From contig JAIRWT010000008.1 in the NCBI GenBank assembly GCA_031268795.1, forward strand, positions 66,487 through 130,486: a stretch of 64,000 bases of DNA, in the 5' to 3' direction. Shown here in pieces: positions 9,613 to 19,342 of the stretch (its first letter is position 1; every line of letters begins with the position of its first letter). The notes under the pieces were generated by a model. It ran no database searches. It saw only the letters and a list, made by a program, of their open reading frames with translations, and was not told the origin of the DNA. The position numbers and the translations under genes were made by a program. The stretch is from Puniceicoccales bacterium. Its GTDB lineage: Bacteria; Verrucomicrobiota; Verrucomicrobiia; Opitutales; JAIRLM01.

Positions 9613-9816
9613 CTACTCCTTGTCCTTCCGGCTGCGAAGGTAGTTTGTGAACTTGGCTATTTTACCTTTTCGTCGCTTTTTTTCAGACGGCTTTTCATAG
9701 TATCTCTTTGTTTTTGCATCCTGCAAGACCGATTCGCGGTCTAACCGTTTCTTCAATCGACGCAGTGCTTTTTCGACATTTTCACCCTTGCGAAAGATAA
9801 CCTCAATGGTTGGCAT
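9613..9816 (-). CDS. rpsU: 30S ribosomal protein S21
   Basis: MPTIEVIFRKGENVEKALRRLKKRLDRE... plus a basic C-terminus is the typical bS21 pattern. I set the start at the internal ATG at 9816. Confidence 0.88.
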   Translation of the reverse strand: MPTIEVIFRKGENVEKALRRLKKRLDRESVLQDAKTKRYYEKPSEKKRRKGKIAKFTNYLRSRKDKE

Positions 9817-10057
9817 TTCTAATACACCCCCTTCAATTTTATTGTCTGCCAGGCGATCAGAATAATACCAGTGGTGCAAGACATTTCCAAGCGAGTTGCA
9901 ATCTGGGTAAAGATTTGCTTCGTGCGGGAAAATGTGCTTTTGCGATTGGAGTAAATTTCTTGAATATTATGTGTGGGAACATAATCAATCGCCAATCAGT
10001 GATCCTCCGGTGGTGAATTGCTGATGCGCACAATTGAGATGGGAGAAGGGGTTAATT

Positions 10058-10771
10058 ATGTCTGGGCACAGCAAATGGGCAACAACCAAGCGGCATAAGG
10101 CGGTCATTGACGCCAAGCGGGGTAAAATATTTAGCCTTGTTAGCAAGGAATTGACCATTGCAGCACGGGAGGGGGGTGGCGATCCGGAATTCAACCCACG
10201 CCTGCGCAATTGCATCATAAAGGCTAAGGCAGCGAATATGCCTGCCGATAATGTGTCCAAGGCAATTAAAAAGGGTACCGGCGATATACCTGGAACGATT
10301 ATTGAAGAGCTGACATACGAGGGCTATGGCCCGGGCGGAATTGGAATCATCGTCGAAGTAACCACCGACAATAAAAATCGCACCGTTTCCGAGGTTCGGA
10401 GTACTTTTTCTAAATACGGTGGAAATCTGGCCACGTCTGGAGCGCTGGCGTTTAACTTCCAACGGAAGGGCCAATTCATTATTCCAAAAACATTGGCGAC
10501 GGAGGAACAGCTCATGGAAATTGCCTTAGAAAACGGTGGGGATGAAATCTTCACCGAAGGCGATTTCTTAGAAGTGCAAGCACCAATTACGGCTTTTTAT
10601 GCAGTGAGTCAGGCATTGGAGCGGGCACATATATCATGTGAATCTGCACAAATTGCATATATTCCAACAACAAATGCTGAACTCGATGAGAAAACCCTTT
10701 CCAGGGCCACGATGCTTTTGGAAAAACTGGATGATTTGGAGGACGTGTCGAATGTGTACACGAATTTATGA
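10058..10771 (+). CDS. yebC: YebC/PmpR family transcriptional regulator
   Basis: The N-terminus MSGHSKWATTKRHKAVIDAKRGKIF is the family signature. The length is 237 aa. Confidence 0.9.
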   Translation: MSGHSKWATTKRHKAVIDAKRGKIFSLVSKELTIAAREGGGDPEFNPRLRNCIIKAKAANMPADNVSKAIKKGTGDIPGTIIEELTYEGYGPGGIGIIVEVTTDNKNRTVSEVRSTFSKYGGNLATSGALAFNFQRKGQFIIPKTLATEEQLMEIALENGGDEIFTEGDFLEVQAPITAFYAVSQALERAHISCESAQIAYIPTTNAELDEKTLSRATMLLEKLDDLEDVSNVYTNL

Positions 10772-10830
10772 CGCCAAGAACTTGAGACTTTAAAGCAGTG
10801 CCATAAATTTGATTGTTTGCTGAAAATTCA

Positions 10831-11409
10831 TTATTTTGTGTCATGTTGGCGGCGAATGATCAAAGCTTTTGGTGAATTTTTTCCACGTGTTTTTCCGAGG
10901 ATGTGCGTGCAAAAGAGTTCATTTGGAAGATTCGGCATAATATCGGCTGGAAGTTCGAGTACGCCCAGCCAGGTGGTGGTTAAAAATCGTGAAAGGATGC
11001 CAACGAAGGCTTCTGCGTTGGCGCGGAGTTGTTCATAGGGTGGATCTAAAAAAATAAGCTTTGCAGACGAAAAGCGATTAAAACTCAATGCGAAGATATC
11101 ATCACGGAGAATTCGATAAGGCTGGGAATCGATTCCGATGCTTTTGGAAACTTTTTGAAGATTTTCATGGATGTATGGCCGGAGTCGACCATTTTTTTCC
11201 ACAAATGTCCCGCCATTCGCTCCACGGCTGATGGCCTCAAGTCCATAGCTGCCAATTCCGGCGCAAAGGTCAAGGAACTCGGCGCCAATCACATCCGCTC
11301 CGATAGCAGAAAAGACTGCTTCGCGGAGGGCATCGGTGGTTGGGCGTAAAATTTTCCCATCCGGACATGACAATCGTATGCCACGGGCTTTTCCGCCACT
11401 AATACGCAT
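10831..11409 (-). CDS. rsmD: 16S rRNA (guanine966-N2)-methyltransferase RsmD
   Basis: MRISGGKARG...RPTTDALREAVF, the SAM motif FLDLCAGIGSYGLEAISRGA and the DPPY motif. The start is at the internal ATG, overlapping the upstream gene by 11 nt. Confidence 0.85.
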   Translation of the reverse strand: MRISGGKARGIRLSCPDGKILRPTTDALREAVFSAIGADVIGAEFLDLCAGIGSYGLEAISRGANGGTFVEKNGRLRPYIHENLQKVSKSIGIDSQPYRILRDDIFALSFNRFSSAKLIFLDPPYEQLRANAEAFVGILSRFLTTTWLGVLELPADIMPNLPNELFCTHILGKTRGKNSPKALIIRRQHDTK

Positions 11410-12367
11410 GGCGGCTTTCCACGAAGTGCAAAATTTCCGGATGAAAATCCACGGCGCATTCAAAGCGGTATTGCCAATTTTCATAGTCACTGTTTTTGCG
11501 CATGTTCAAAAGGGCGAAATAATTATGGATTGCATCCGGTATAAAAAAATCCCCATCGGTTATACTTCCAGTTTGGAGCGAGGTCGGCGGAATTTCGACG
11601 CCTTTAATAGCGCGACCATGAATAACGACTATTTGTGGTTGTTGTTGCCCATTTATTCGGGCTTGAATTAGTTTTTCGTAAATTGCTTGAACGCCATCGC
11701 TTTCAATTTCTTCGATGTGAAATCCAATTGCGCGCAGATCCGAAATCGGAAGGAGTATGGAATTATCATCACCGCTTCCTTCGGAAATGAGAATCAAATT
11801 ATCTAATTTTGCAGCGATGGCACATTGCAAGGCTTCCATTACTGCTGGATCGGCACTGGATATGTTGCCAGCCAGGCTTAGAACTTTACTCAGACATGGA
11901 ATGCCATGTTCTCGAAGGGACAGTATCATTTTTTTGTGAGAAATTGCCACGTCCACAGCCTTTGTAATTGGCGATTTCGTTGCCAAATCGATGCCAAGGG
12001 CTTGAAAATCTTTAGGAATATTTTCTGAATTTTCGTAAAAAATTATATCACCCATTTGCATGGGAAATCCTGCCAAATATAACCACGGGAAAAGTGAAGA
12101 GATCTTGTTTTTTCCGACGACGAAACGGTCCCGGTCAATCCAACATGGGACACTTGGAAGGATGCGCAAAAATTTTCCAAAAAGAACGCTTCGGAGGCAA
12201 TTGCTTGCATGGCCCGAATGCGAAATTGAGGTAAATAATTTTCGTGAAAGTTCGCCGCCGAAGGCGGCAATTTGTGTTAGAATTTCGCCGTCGTCCACGG
12301 CTAATCCGGCACACGAGCCGTGAATGTCACATTCGGAACAGGTTCCGCAATTATGCTCGCAATCCAT
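11399..12367 (-). CDS. degenerate transketolase N-terminal-subunit-like protein with Cys/His-rich N-terminus
   Basis: Colinear with split-transketolase N-subunits (SGHASNCLRSV...WIDRDRFVVGKNK; KLDNLILISEGSG; FHIEEIESDGVQAI...QIVVIHGRAIKGV). The ThDP/metal motifs are altered (GDG to AGN, GHPGGS to SGHASN). It carries an extra N-terminal CEHNCGTCSECDIHGSC segment. Confidence 0.55.
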   Translation of the reverse strand: MDCEHNCGTCSECDIHGSCAGLAVDDGEILTQIAAFGGELSRKLFTSISHSGHASNCLRSVLFGKFLRILPSVPCWIDRDRFVVGKNKISSLFPWLYLAGFPMQMGDIIFYENSENIPKDFQALGIDLATKSPITKAVDVAISHKKMILSLREHGIPCLSKVLSLAGNISSADPAVMEALQCAIAAKLDNLILISEGSGDDNSILLPISDLRAIGFHIEEIESDGVQAIYEKLIQARINGQQQPQIVVIHGRAIKGVEIPPTSLQTGSITDGDFFIPDAIHNYFALLNMRKNSDYENWQYRFECAVDFHPEILHFVESRHAY

Positions 12368-12375
12368 GGAATTTG

Positions 12376-14706
12376 CTAAAATGTGTTATTAAACGCGAAA
12401 TTAAATTGCAGTTTATGCGGATAGTAATCATTGCCGTGCGTCGGGTAGCCAAAAATCAGCCGTAGCGGCGCATTCATGACAAAGAGGCGCAATTCCACGC
12501 CGAGGTCATTGTAAAACGGTTGATCCAGGGACATAAATTTACGACCCATATAGGCTCCTTCGGTGAAAAATACCAGACGAAGTTGGTCTGCAAGTTTAAT
12601 ACTATATTCCAGGCCTCCGTAAATGTATCCATTTGCTCCAATGGCGCCACCATAGCCGTCCCTGGGTCCAACGCCTTGGAGTTCAAATCCGCGCATCCAA
12701 TCCGAGCCTCCCAAAAATTTGCGATCGAAGTAAGGGATGTATTTTCGTCGATAGGACTTCATTGTTCCCATTTTTCCAATGAACGAGACTATTTGTGTGT
12801 GTGAATCGGAGAGCTTGATCCATTGCCCAAATTGGAAATCCAGATTCAGATAATGTACATCACCGCCCAATCCGGCGTAGTCCAACGCTGCAACCAATTT
12901 ATTTCCGTGCGTTGGGTAAAGCAATGAGTCGCGAGAATCCCGTTGAATGCTAATTCCAGTCTTTGACACCCACTGTGCTCCGCGAAGGCCCTCCATGCGT
13001 AAGCCAACTGGCGCGCCGGGAGCAACGTTGTAAAGTTCGATGCGATCCAATTTGTAATAACCATGCCCTTCCAGCAATTCGATGATGCGTTTTCGAAGGT
13101 AAAAATCAAAGCCCTTATGACGCTCATCGTATGATTCGCCGCCGTAGTTGTGATCCGATTTTCTGTATTCATTTTTTAAATAGAAGGCATTTACGCCAAA
13201 TGCCAATTCCTGCTGGAAAAGCCACGGTTCCTCGAAGGATAGCGTTGCCTGCTGTGTGCGTGTGCCAACTTCGAGCCGCGTTCTAAATTTTTGTCCGGCG
13301 CCTTGCCACTTCGTCCGGCGCCCTCTAATATCAAAGTTTGACTGACCTATTTCTAAATATCCTAAAATATTTTCCATGGAGCTCATTGCCCCACCGAAGT
13401 AAAATTGACCGGTATTCCCTTCTTCCACCGCGATGCAAATATCCCGTGAGTCTGGCAAAGAACTTGCCTCCGGGGAAAGAATCACCTGTTTGAAGTAACG
13501 AGTTTCTCGGAGGCGATTTTCGCTATTATGCAATTTGATCAGATTAAATGTTTCGCCAGGCGTCAGAGACAGCTCGCGGAGAATCACCTGATGCTTAGTT
13601 TTTGTGTTTCCGCGGATGCGAATGAAGCCAACCTTGGTCTTTTCGGACTCGTGAACAATAAAATCCAAATCGATGGAGTTGTTCGCTAGGTTAGGGTGAC
13701 GCCTGGTGGTTACATAGGTTTCCATGTACCCGGCTCGGCCGTAAAAATTACGAATGGCCTCCTCCGCTTGGGAAATTTTATCCGGTGAAAACCAGTCTCC
13801 GGTGCGAATGGGCACGCACTTTAGCAAGTGATCGCTGCCATAGATAGCGTTTTCGCTGGCGCAGATATTTCCAACGGACAACCGCTCACCTTCGTCGATT
13901 GCTATGGTGAGTCGCATTTTGCTTTTGGCGTCGATGTCCCGTCGCACGCTTTCAATATCGATGACGCAGTCCAAGAATCCGTGGTTGTGATAGAAGTGCT
14001 GCAGCTTTTCCAAGTCGGCCCTGAGCAATTCGGGAAAATAGTAACCGCTTCCGTTGAGAATGGAAATTATGGTTCGCCGTCGCACGCGCATTAGTTTTTT
14101 TAATTCTCTGGAGCGAATGGATTTATTTCCCGAAAATGTGACTTCTCCAATGGGGAGGCGTGAGCCTTCGGAAATGGCAAATATAAGGTCCGCATCCGAG
14201 GAATTCGTTTCCGTTAAAACTTCATGTGAAACGTGCACATCTGCGTAGCCATGCTTGCGGTAAAAATCTTCTATGGCCAGCCGATCCGCAACTACCTGAC
14301 TTGGATTCAGCATGTGACCATTTCGTATTTTTGTGGCCGCACGGAGTTTGCGCTGAGAGATTTTTTGATTGCCCTGGAATCGCACATATCCGATGCGTTG
14401 GCGCGAATAAAGTACGTACCGTACATCGATGGCATTATCAACAACGCCGGCGTCCGTTAGAACTTCAATGTGATCAAACAACCCGGTGGCGTAAAGCGAG
14501 CGAATGGAGGCATCATTAAATTCCTGCTTAAAGACATCACCTTCTTTAATTTTGATATGTGAAAGAATTGCCACGTGATTAATTGGTGCATTACCGCGAA
14601 CTTCCACGTCCAAATTTCCAACAATAACATCTCCGGCAACCGCTTGACATTGTAGTCCAACTAAGAGCCCAATGATAAATCCCAAAAATTTTCTATGTTT
14701 GGCCAT
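12376..14706 (-). CDS. bamA: outer membrane protein assembly factor BamA (Omp85)
   Basis: Signal peptide, repeated POTRA-like units, a C-terminal beta-barrel region and a terminal Phe (..FAFNNTF). The start at 14706 (MAKHRK) sits immediately after the dnaB stop. Confidence 0.9.
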   Translation of the reverse strand: MAKHRKFLGFIIGLLVGLQCQAVAGDVIVGNLDVEVRGNAPINHVAILSHIKIKEGDVFKQEFNDASIRSLYATGLFDHIEVLTDAGVVDNAIDVRYVLYSRQRIGYVRFQGNQKISQRKLRAATKIRNGHMLNPSQVVADRLAIEDFYRKHGYADVHVSHEVLTETNSSDADLIFAISEGSRLPIGEVTFSGNKSIRSRELKKLMRVRRRTIISILNGSGYYFPELLRADLEKLQHFYHNHGFLDCVIDIESVRRDIDAKSKMRLTIAIDEGERLSVGNICASENAIYGSDHLLKCVPIRTGDWFSPDKISQAEEAIRNFYGRAGYMETYVTTRRHPNLANNSIDLDFIVHESEKTKVGFIRIRGNTKTKHQVILRELSLTPGETFNLIKLHNSENRLRETRYFKQVILSPEASSLPDSRDICIAVEEGNTGQFYFGGAMSSMENILGYLEIGQSNFDIRGRRTKWQGAGQKFRTRLEVGTRTQQATLSFEEPWLFQQELAFGVNAFYLKNEYRKSDHNYGGESYDERHKGFDFYLRKRIIELLEGHGYYKLDRIELYNVAPGAPVGLRMEGLRGAQWVSKTGISIQRDSRDSLLYPTHGNKLVAALDYAGLGGDVHYLNLDFQFGQWIKLSDSHTQIVSFIGKMGTMKSYRRKYIPYFDRKFLGGSDWMRGFELQGVGPRDGYGGAIGANGYIYGGLEYSIKLADQLRLVFFTEGAYMGRKFMSLDQPFYNDLGVELRLFVMNAPLRLIFGYPTHGNDYYPHKLQFNFAFNNTF

Positions 14707-14707
14707 T

Positions 14708-16138
14708 CTACTCCCGTGTGGCATGGTTTCTAAATTTTGTTAAGCGTCTGTCAAATAGTAAGTGTACTACGCCAACGGGCCCATTGCGTTGTTTGGCGAT
14801 TATAAGTTCCCGTTCCACAAGAGAACAACCCGCCGCGGGCATGTCTTCTTCGTCAGCGGATGCTCGCTCATCCTCTTCGCTTGCCCCGCGAGGTCGTGCC
14901 AGAAGCAGGACCACATCCGCGTCCTGCTCGATGGATCCAGATTCGCGCAGATCCGAAATTCGTGGCTGTCGTCCATCCTTTTCCGATTCCCGGTTTAACT
15001 GACTCAAAAGGACTACGGGGACTTTCAATTCCTTAGCCATGGCCTTAACGCCCCGGGAAATTTCCGCCACCTGCTGTTCCCGTGGCGTTCGACTGTCCAT
15101 GCCGCCAATAAGTTGTAAATAATCGACAATAATCAGTCCAATTTTGTACTGGCTGCATGCGCGGCGTGCACGTGCTCGTAGTTCAAGGATATTCAAATTG
15201 GAAGACTCATCAATCCAAAGGGGTGCATCGGAGAATTCGCGCGCAGCGCCCAGCAGCCGCGACTCCTGTCCAGCGGGCGTATATCCGTTTCGTAGTGCGG
15301 ACATGTCAATTCCCGCGCGGGCGCAAATAAGTCGCATGGCCAGTTGGTCCGAGCTCATCTCCAGGCTAAAAAACAGTGTTGGCACCCGACCCTTTCCCTG
15401 CGGTGGCAAAATTGCGGATTCCGCGAAATTGAGCCCCATGCTTGTTTTTCCCATGGACGGCCTAGCCGCGAGGACAATTACCTCTCCGCCGTGTAGCCCG
15501 CAAAGCATCCGATCCAAATCAATGAATCCGGTTGTCACGCCGTTAATTTGCCCGCGGTGCATGAGGGCCATCTGGGCAATTTGTATGGCTTGGTTGACGG
15601 ATTCTTTCACATGTGTTGCGGATTGGCGAATGGTGTCTTGGCTAACGGAGTAAATTTGTTCCTCCGCCTCGCTAATAAACTGAGAAACATTCATCATTGC
15701 CTCATGGGCCCGTTCCACGATTCTTGTGGAGACGGTAATAATTCGACGCAGCAATTCGTAATCCCGCAGGCGATTAATAAAGTGGTGCATGTGGATCGCA
15801 TTATCGATGCTATCGCAGATTTGGAGGACGTGGGCGCGACCACCGGCCAATTGCATACGATTTGTGGCCTCCAAACATTCCAAAAGAGTTCCTTCGAGTA
15901 GGGGCTGTCCCCGGTTGTGAATATCGCAGATGGCTTCAAATATAATCCGATGGAACGGATAATAGAAAGAATCGGCAGTAATTTTATTTTCAACGCAAAG
16001 CGCAAGGCTCTCCTGGCCCCCATCCAGAACACAACAACCAAGAAGCGCTCGCTCCATTTCCATGGAGTAGGGTAATGACCGCTGTGCCTTTTTTTTAAGA
16101 AAATCCACAGAATTTTCTAATTTTTCCTCCCCTGTCAC
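14708..16138 (-). CDS. dnaB: replicative DNA helicase DnaB
   Basis: N-terminal DnaB domain (PYSMEMERALLGCCVLD) and Walker A ARPSMGKTS within the RecA-like C-domain. There is a short acidic insertion near the C-terminus. Confidence 0.93.
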   Translation of the reverse strand: MTGEEKLENSVDFLKKKAQRSLPYSMEMERALLGCCVLDGGQESLALCVENKITADSFYYPFHRIIFEAICDIHNRGQPLLEGTLLECLEATNRMQLAGGRAHVLQICDSIDNAIHMHHFINRLRDYELLRRIITVSTRIVERAHEAMMNVSQFISEAEEQIYSVSQDTIRQSATHVKESVNQAIQIAQMALMHRGQINGVTTGFIDLDRMLCGLHGGEVIVLAARPSMGKTSMGLNFAESAILPPQGKGRVPTLFFSLEMSSDQLAMRLICARAGIDMSALRNGYTPAGQESRLLGAAREFSDAPLWIDESSNLNILELRARARRACSQYKIGLIIVDYLQLIGGMDSRTPREQQVAEISRGVKAMAKELKVPVVLLSQLNRESEKDGRQPRISDLRESGSIEQDADVVLLLARPRGASEEDERASADEEDMPAAGCSLVERELIIAKQRNGPVGVVHLLFDRRLTKFRNHATRE

Positions 16139-16217
16139 GGCGGAAAAAAGCTAGATTGAATCCCGGAAATGGGGAACAAAAAAATCAAAGGAGCAAAGCA
16201 GCAAACTCGATATTGAA

Positions 16218-16727
16218 CTATGCAACCTCGCAAGCGGCTTCTGTATCGCGCTTGGACTGCTGATACACTCGCATAGCTCGCTCGTGCTCCAGTCTGGCCC
16301 GTTCCCGCTCCCGCAACGCTTGCGCCTTTAGCCGATCAGCTTCAGCTTTCTTTCTTTCCAACATTATCGCACCAAGCCTTTCGGCTTCTGATTTTACATC
16401 GTCCAACACAGATACGAGGCGCCCCCACAAGTGTGCCCTCGTGTATTCACTTTCGGCTTGCATATATAAAGCAAACAGACGAACAAATGCGTCGCCGGAT
16501 GGCAAACCGTGCAACTGCAAGGAGCTGATTACCATCTGAATTACAACTAATTCGCGTCCTAACCGATCTAAAGTTTTAAGTTCGCTGTTCAACGCATTTA
16601 TTCTGCGTGTATTGCCAGCGTTTAAAAGAATTAAATCGTGAAGCCTATTTCTGCGGTCACAAACCTCACTCGATAGTGCTGCAAACGCTTGCCCCTGATT
16701 CGCATAAGAAATAACAGTCGTTGACAT
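16218..16727 (-). CDS. hypothetical protein, paralogue of 17561-18055
   Basis: 169 aa with a charged coiled-coil-like C-terminus. It shares blocks with the 164-aa protein two genes upstream: MST.. N-terminus, ..LPS......FAL...A(E/D)S, and W..L...L..VK.EA.R(L/M)G......KKA.AD. Confidence 0.6.
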   Translation of the reverse strand: MSTTVISYANQGQAFAALSSEVCDRRNRLHDLILLNAGNTRRINALNSELKTLDRLGRELVVIQMVISSLQLHGLPSGDAFVRLFALYMQAESEYTRAHLWGRLVSVLDDVKSEAERLGAIMLERKKAEADRLKAQALRERERARLEHERAMRVYQQSKRDTEAACEVA

Positions 16728-16794
16728 AAATAATTCCAGTCACTCTAAACTCAGTTCGAACCAAACCACCTACTAAGAAAACGAAGAATTGCGA

Positions 16795-17544
16795 CTACGC
16801 CCCATCGCGTTTTTTGGAAGATCCACGAAACAAGCCAGAAGTTTTTTTTTCAGGCGCCGGCGGGGGCGGAGGTACATCAATCATCGGGCTTGGCATCTTT
16901 GCGCACTCAGCCTTGGCCCGCTCCAAATTCTCCCCCGCCGCAATTCTCAGCGCGACTGCCTCATCAAAAGCTTTATCCGCCGCATCCATTTCCGGCTGAA
17001 GTTCCGGAGGCACCCTCGATATTCCAAACTCAAATCGTGGTGGATTGGTCGCGACAACCAGTTCTGGTGGCAAAGCCTGCCGGGAAACGTCTTGGGCGAC
17101 ATCACCCCGAGGTGCTCCAGCACCGCTGCGCACATGATCGGCGCTATCTTTCAAGTCAATAAGCCGCGCCTCATAGGCATTTGCGGGTGTAACATATCTA
17201 CGCGCAACTGGATCATCAATTTGTTCCTGGCGCATGGCCCGCGCGGCACGAATTCGAGATTCTTCCATTGTGACACGTTTGCGGACCAATGATTCGGTAA
17301 GCTGGATCGAAAAACCCCTTTTCCAGGCATCTTCAATCCATTCCCCAATTTGATCCGTCATTTCCGGATAAAGCGCAGCCCAGCTTGCAATTAAAACCCT
17401 TGCATCCCAATCGCTATGCACGCTTCTGCCTGTGCCACCCGGATCCGGCGATGCGGGCGACACGGATGGTTGCAATACTTCGCCCGTATCCATATCGACC
17501 ACCCTCACCCTTGAAAAAGCATTACCAACGCCAAAATTGCTCAT
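16795..17544 (-). CDS. hypothetical protein (249 aa) with poly-proline tract
   Basis: Clean ORF between the two paralogues, with PPPPPAP near a basic C-terminus and a repeated PPEL motif. I recognise no family. Confidence 0.55.
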   Translation of the reverse strand: MSNFGVGNAFSRVRVVDMDTGEVLQPSVSPASPDPGGTGRSVHSDWDARVLIASWAALYPEMTDQIGEWIEDAWKRGFSIQLTESLVRKRVTMEESRIRAARAMRQEQIDDPVARRYVTPANAYEARLIDLKDSADHVRSGAGAPRGDVAQDVSRQALPPELVVATNPPRFEFGISRVPPELQPEMDAADKAFDEAVALRIAAGENLERAKAECAKMPSPMIDVPPPPPAPEKKTSGLFRGSSKKRDGA

Positions 17545-17560
17545 AACATCCTCCGAGTCC

Positions 17561-18055
17561 TTAATCCTTCACTCCAACGAACACCCGACCGAACCAACTC
17601 ATCGTATCGTATTTTGCCCGTCTTTCCTCCGCTGCTTTCCTTGCACGTAAAACTTCCGCATCCGCGTTTATCTTACTGGCCTCAGCTCTTTGAACATCCG
17701 CCGCTGCTTTTTTCAAGTCGATTACAGCTACGCCCATTCTGTTCGCTTCGTCTTTGACTAATTCCAACGTCCCTTCCAGCTTCTCCCACATTTTCTGACG
17801 CGTGGCCGGACTATCGGCAGCAACCCACAACGCAAACGCCATCACAACATTAGCAATGGAGGGCAAATTGTATCCAGCAACCGCTTCGATGCTCACTTTA
17901 AGCACCATAGCATTCTTTCTCAAATCACCTGCCGCAATATATCTGTCCAATAGAACATTTGGGCAATTCGGCTTCATAATTAGCGTCTCAAGCCGCGCCT
18001 CCTCCCGCTCGAAGCTGCTAAGATAATCAGTAACTCTACTTATACTCGTACTCAT
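17561..18055 (-). CDS. hypothetical protein, paralogue of 16218-16727
   Basis: I chose the start at the ATG for MSTSISRV, which matches the MSTTVISY start of its paralogue. The shared sequence blocks are as listed for 16218-16727. Confidence 0.6.
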   Translation of the reverse strand: MSTSISRVTDYLSSFEREEARLETLIMKPNCPNVLLDRYIAAGDLRKNAMVLKVSIEAVAGYNLPSIANVVMAFALWVAADSPATRQKMWEKLEGTLELVKDEANRMGVAVIDLKKAAADVQRAEASKINADAEVLRARKAAEERRAKYDTMSWFGRVFVGVKD

Positions 18056-18330
18056 ACTTAAGCCCTTTCCCTGGCAAATCTGCCAAATCAATGCCGCTAA
18101 TTGAATCCGGAGCACCGGAGATTTTGCATCCACAAAACAGCAATTCACAAAATTTTATGCACTTTTGAAAACATCAAAATAACCGTCGCCCTTCTAAGTT
18201 TTCTGGTCGGAATGTCAAGTTTTTCCACATGGAAATGAAACAAATTTCATATTCCGTCGTAAGCAAACAAAGTTTCTCAGCGTTGAACTCATCAACGCCA
18301 CAATTAGATGAGGAATACCGCGCCGAAGAA

Positions 18331-18795
18331 TTAGACGATTGGATTTTCAGAAACGACCTCAATTACTACCTGGGTTGTAACTTCCGGATGCAATTTTGCA
18401 TCAACGCGATGCTGCCCCAATTCGCGAATGGGTTGCGGAAGGTGAAGTACGTCGCGGTCGATGTGAATTCCTTGCGCCTCCAAGGCGGCCATAATTTCCT
18501 TTGCGGAAACGGAGCCAAAAAGTTTTCCCTGTTCGCCCGTGCGTACGGTCATAATAACGCGAATGGCCGCAATCTTTTTGGCCAATATCTCCGCCTCGGC
18601 TTTTTCGTTGGCCTCGCGGATGGTACGATTGCGAACTAGAGCATCAATCTGCTTCCGATTGGCGCGTTCCTTGGTTATCGCAATCTTTCGAACGGTGAGG
18701 TAATTTCGCGCATACCCTGCCCGCACACACACGCATGCGCCCTCCTTGCCGAGCTTTGGGACATGCTTCAGCAGTATAACTTCTTTCGTGGCCAT
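18331..18795 (-). CDS. rplI: 50S ribosomal protein L9
   Basis: The N-terminus (M..KEVILLKHVPKLGKEG..V.VRAGYARNYL) is typical bL9. The length is 154 aa. Confidence 0.9.
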   Translation of the reverse strand: MATKEVILLKHVPKLGKEGACVCVRAGYARNYLTVRKIAITKERANRKQIDALVRNRTIREANEKAEAEILAKKIAAIRVIMTVRTGEQGKLFGSVSAKEIMAALEAQGIHIDRDVLHLPQPIRELGQHRVDAKLHPEVTTQVVIEVVSENPIV

Positions 18796-18825
18796 CGGTT
18801 CTATTTCCTAATCAGTGCGAATGGA

Positions 18826-19308
18826 CTAGAATGGAATTTCCTCGTCACCGCCAACACCATCTTCCACAATATCTTCCGAATATCGCTTCCCGCCACCGCC
18901 ATGTCCGCGCGGGCGCGCATCACGGCGATTACCGCCATCGGATGAGGCATAGTCCATGCCTCCGCCATCCTGGCGACGCTGCGAGGATAAAAATTGAAAA
19001 CTTTCAGCGATGACTAAAATTTTACTCCGTTTTTCTCCGGTCTGGCTCTCCCATTGATCAAGTTTTAATCGACCTTCCACGAGGATTGGGCTGCCCTTTG
19101 TCAGGTGCCGCGCAATAATTTCCGCCTGCTTTGCGAAGGCGTCCACCTCGATAAAAACTACTTCCTCGCGGGATGAGCCGTCCGCATTCCTCGATTGCCG
19201 GCTTACGGCCAGGGAAAATCGACACACGGAAGTGCCATTCGGGATGGTGCGCAACTCCGGATCGCGAGTAAGATTGCCGATTAATATGACCTTATTAAAT
19301 GATGCCAT
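18826..19308 (-). CDS. ssb: single-stranded DNA-binding protein
   Basis: OB-fold N-terminus MASFNKVILIGNLTRDPELR, a Gly-rich linker and the acidic tail ...DEEIPF. Confidence 0.93.
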   Translation of the reverse strand: MASFNKVILIGNLTRDPELRTIPNGTSVCRFSLAVSRQSRNADGSSREEVVFIEVDAFAKQAEIIARHLTKGSPILVEGRLKLDQWESQTGEKRSKILVIAESFQFLSSQRRQDGGGMDYASSDGGNRRDARPRGHGGGGKRYSEDIVEDGVGGDEEIPF

Positions 19309-19342
19309 GAAATTATATCTCCAAAATTGATTATCCGTTGGA

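Noticed and set aside
11399-12367. Functional transketolase subunit
   Set aside because: Cofactor-binding motifs appear substituted, and no partner C-terminal subunit gene is adjacent. I report it instead as a degenerate transketolase-like protein.
15144-15653. 169-aa plus-strand ORF antisense to dnaB (similar cases: 16789-17292, 20222-20764, 20524-21006, 32636-33166, 3196-3666)
   Set aside because: Each lies wholly inside a well-supported gene on the opposite strand and has an Arg/Ser/Pro-rich translation typical of antisense frames.
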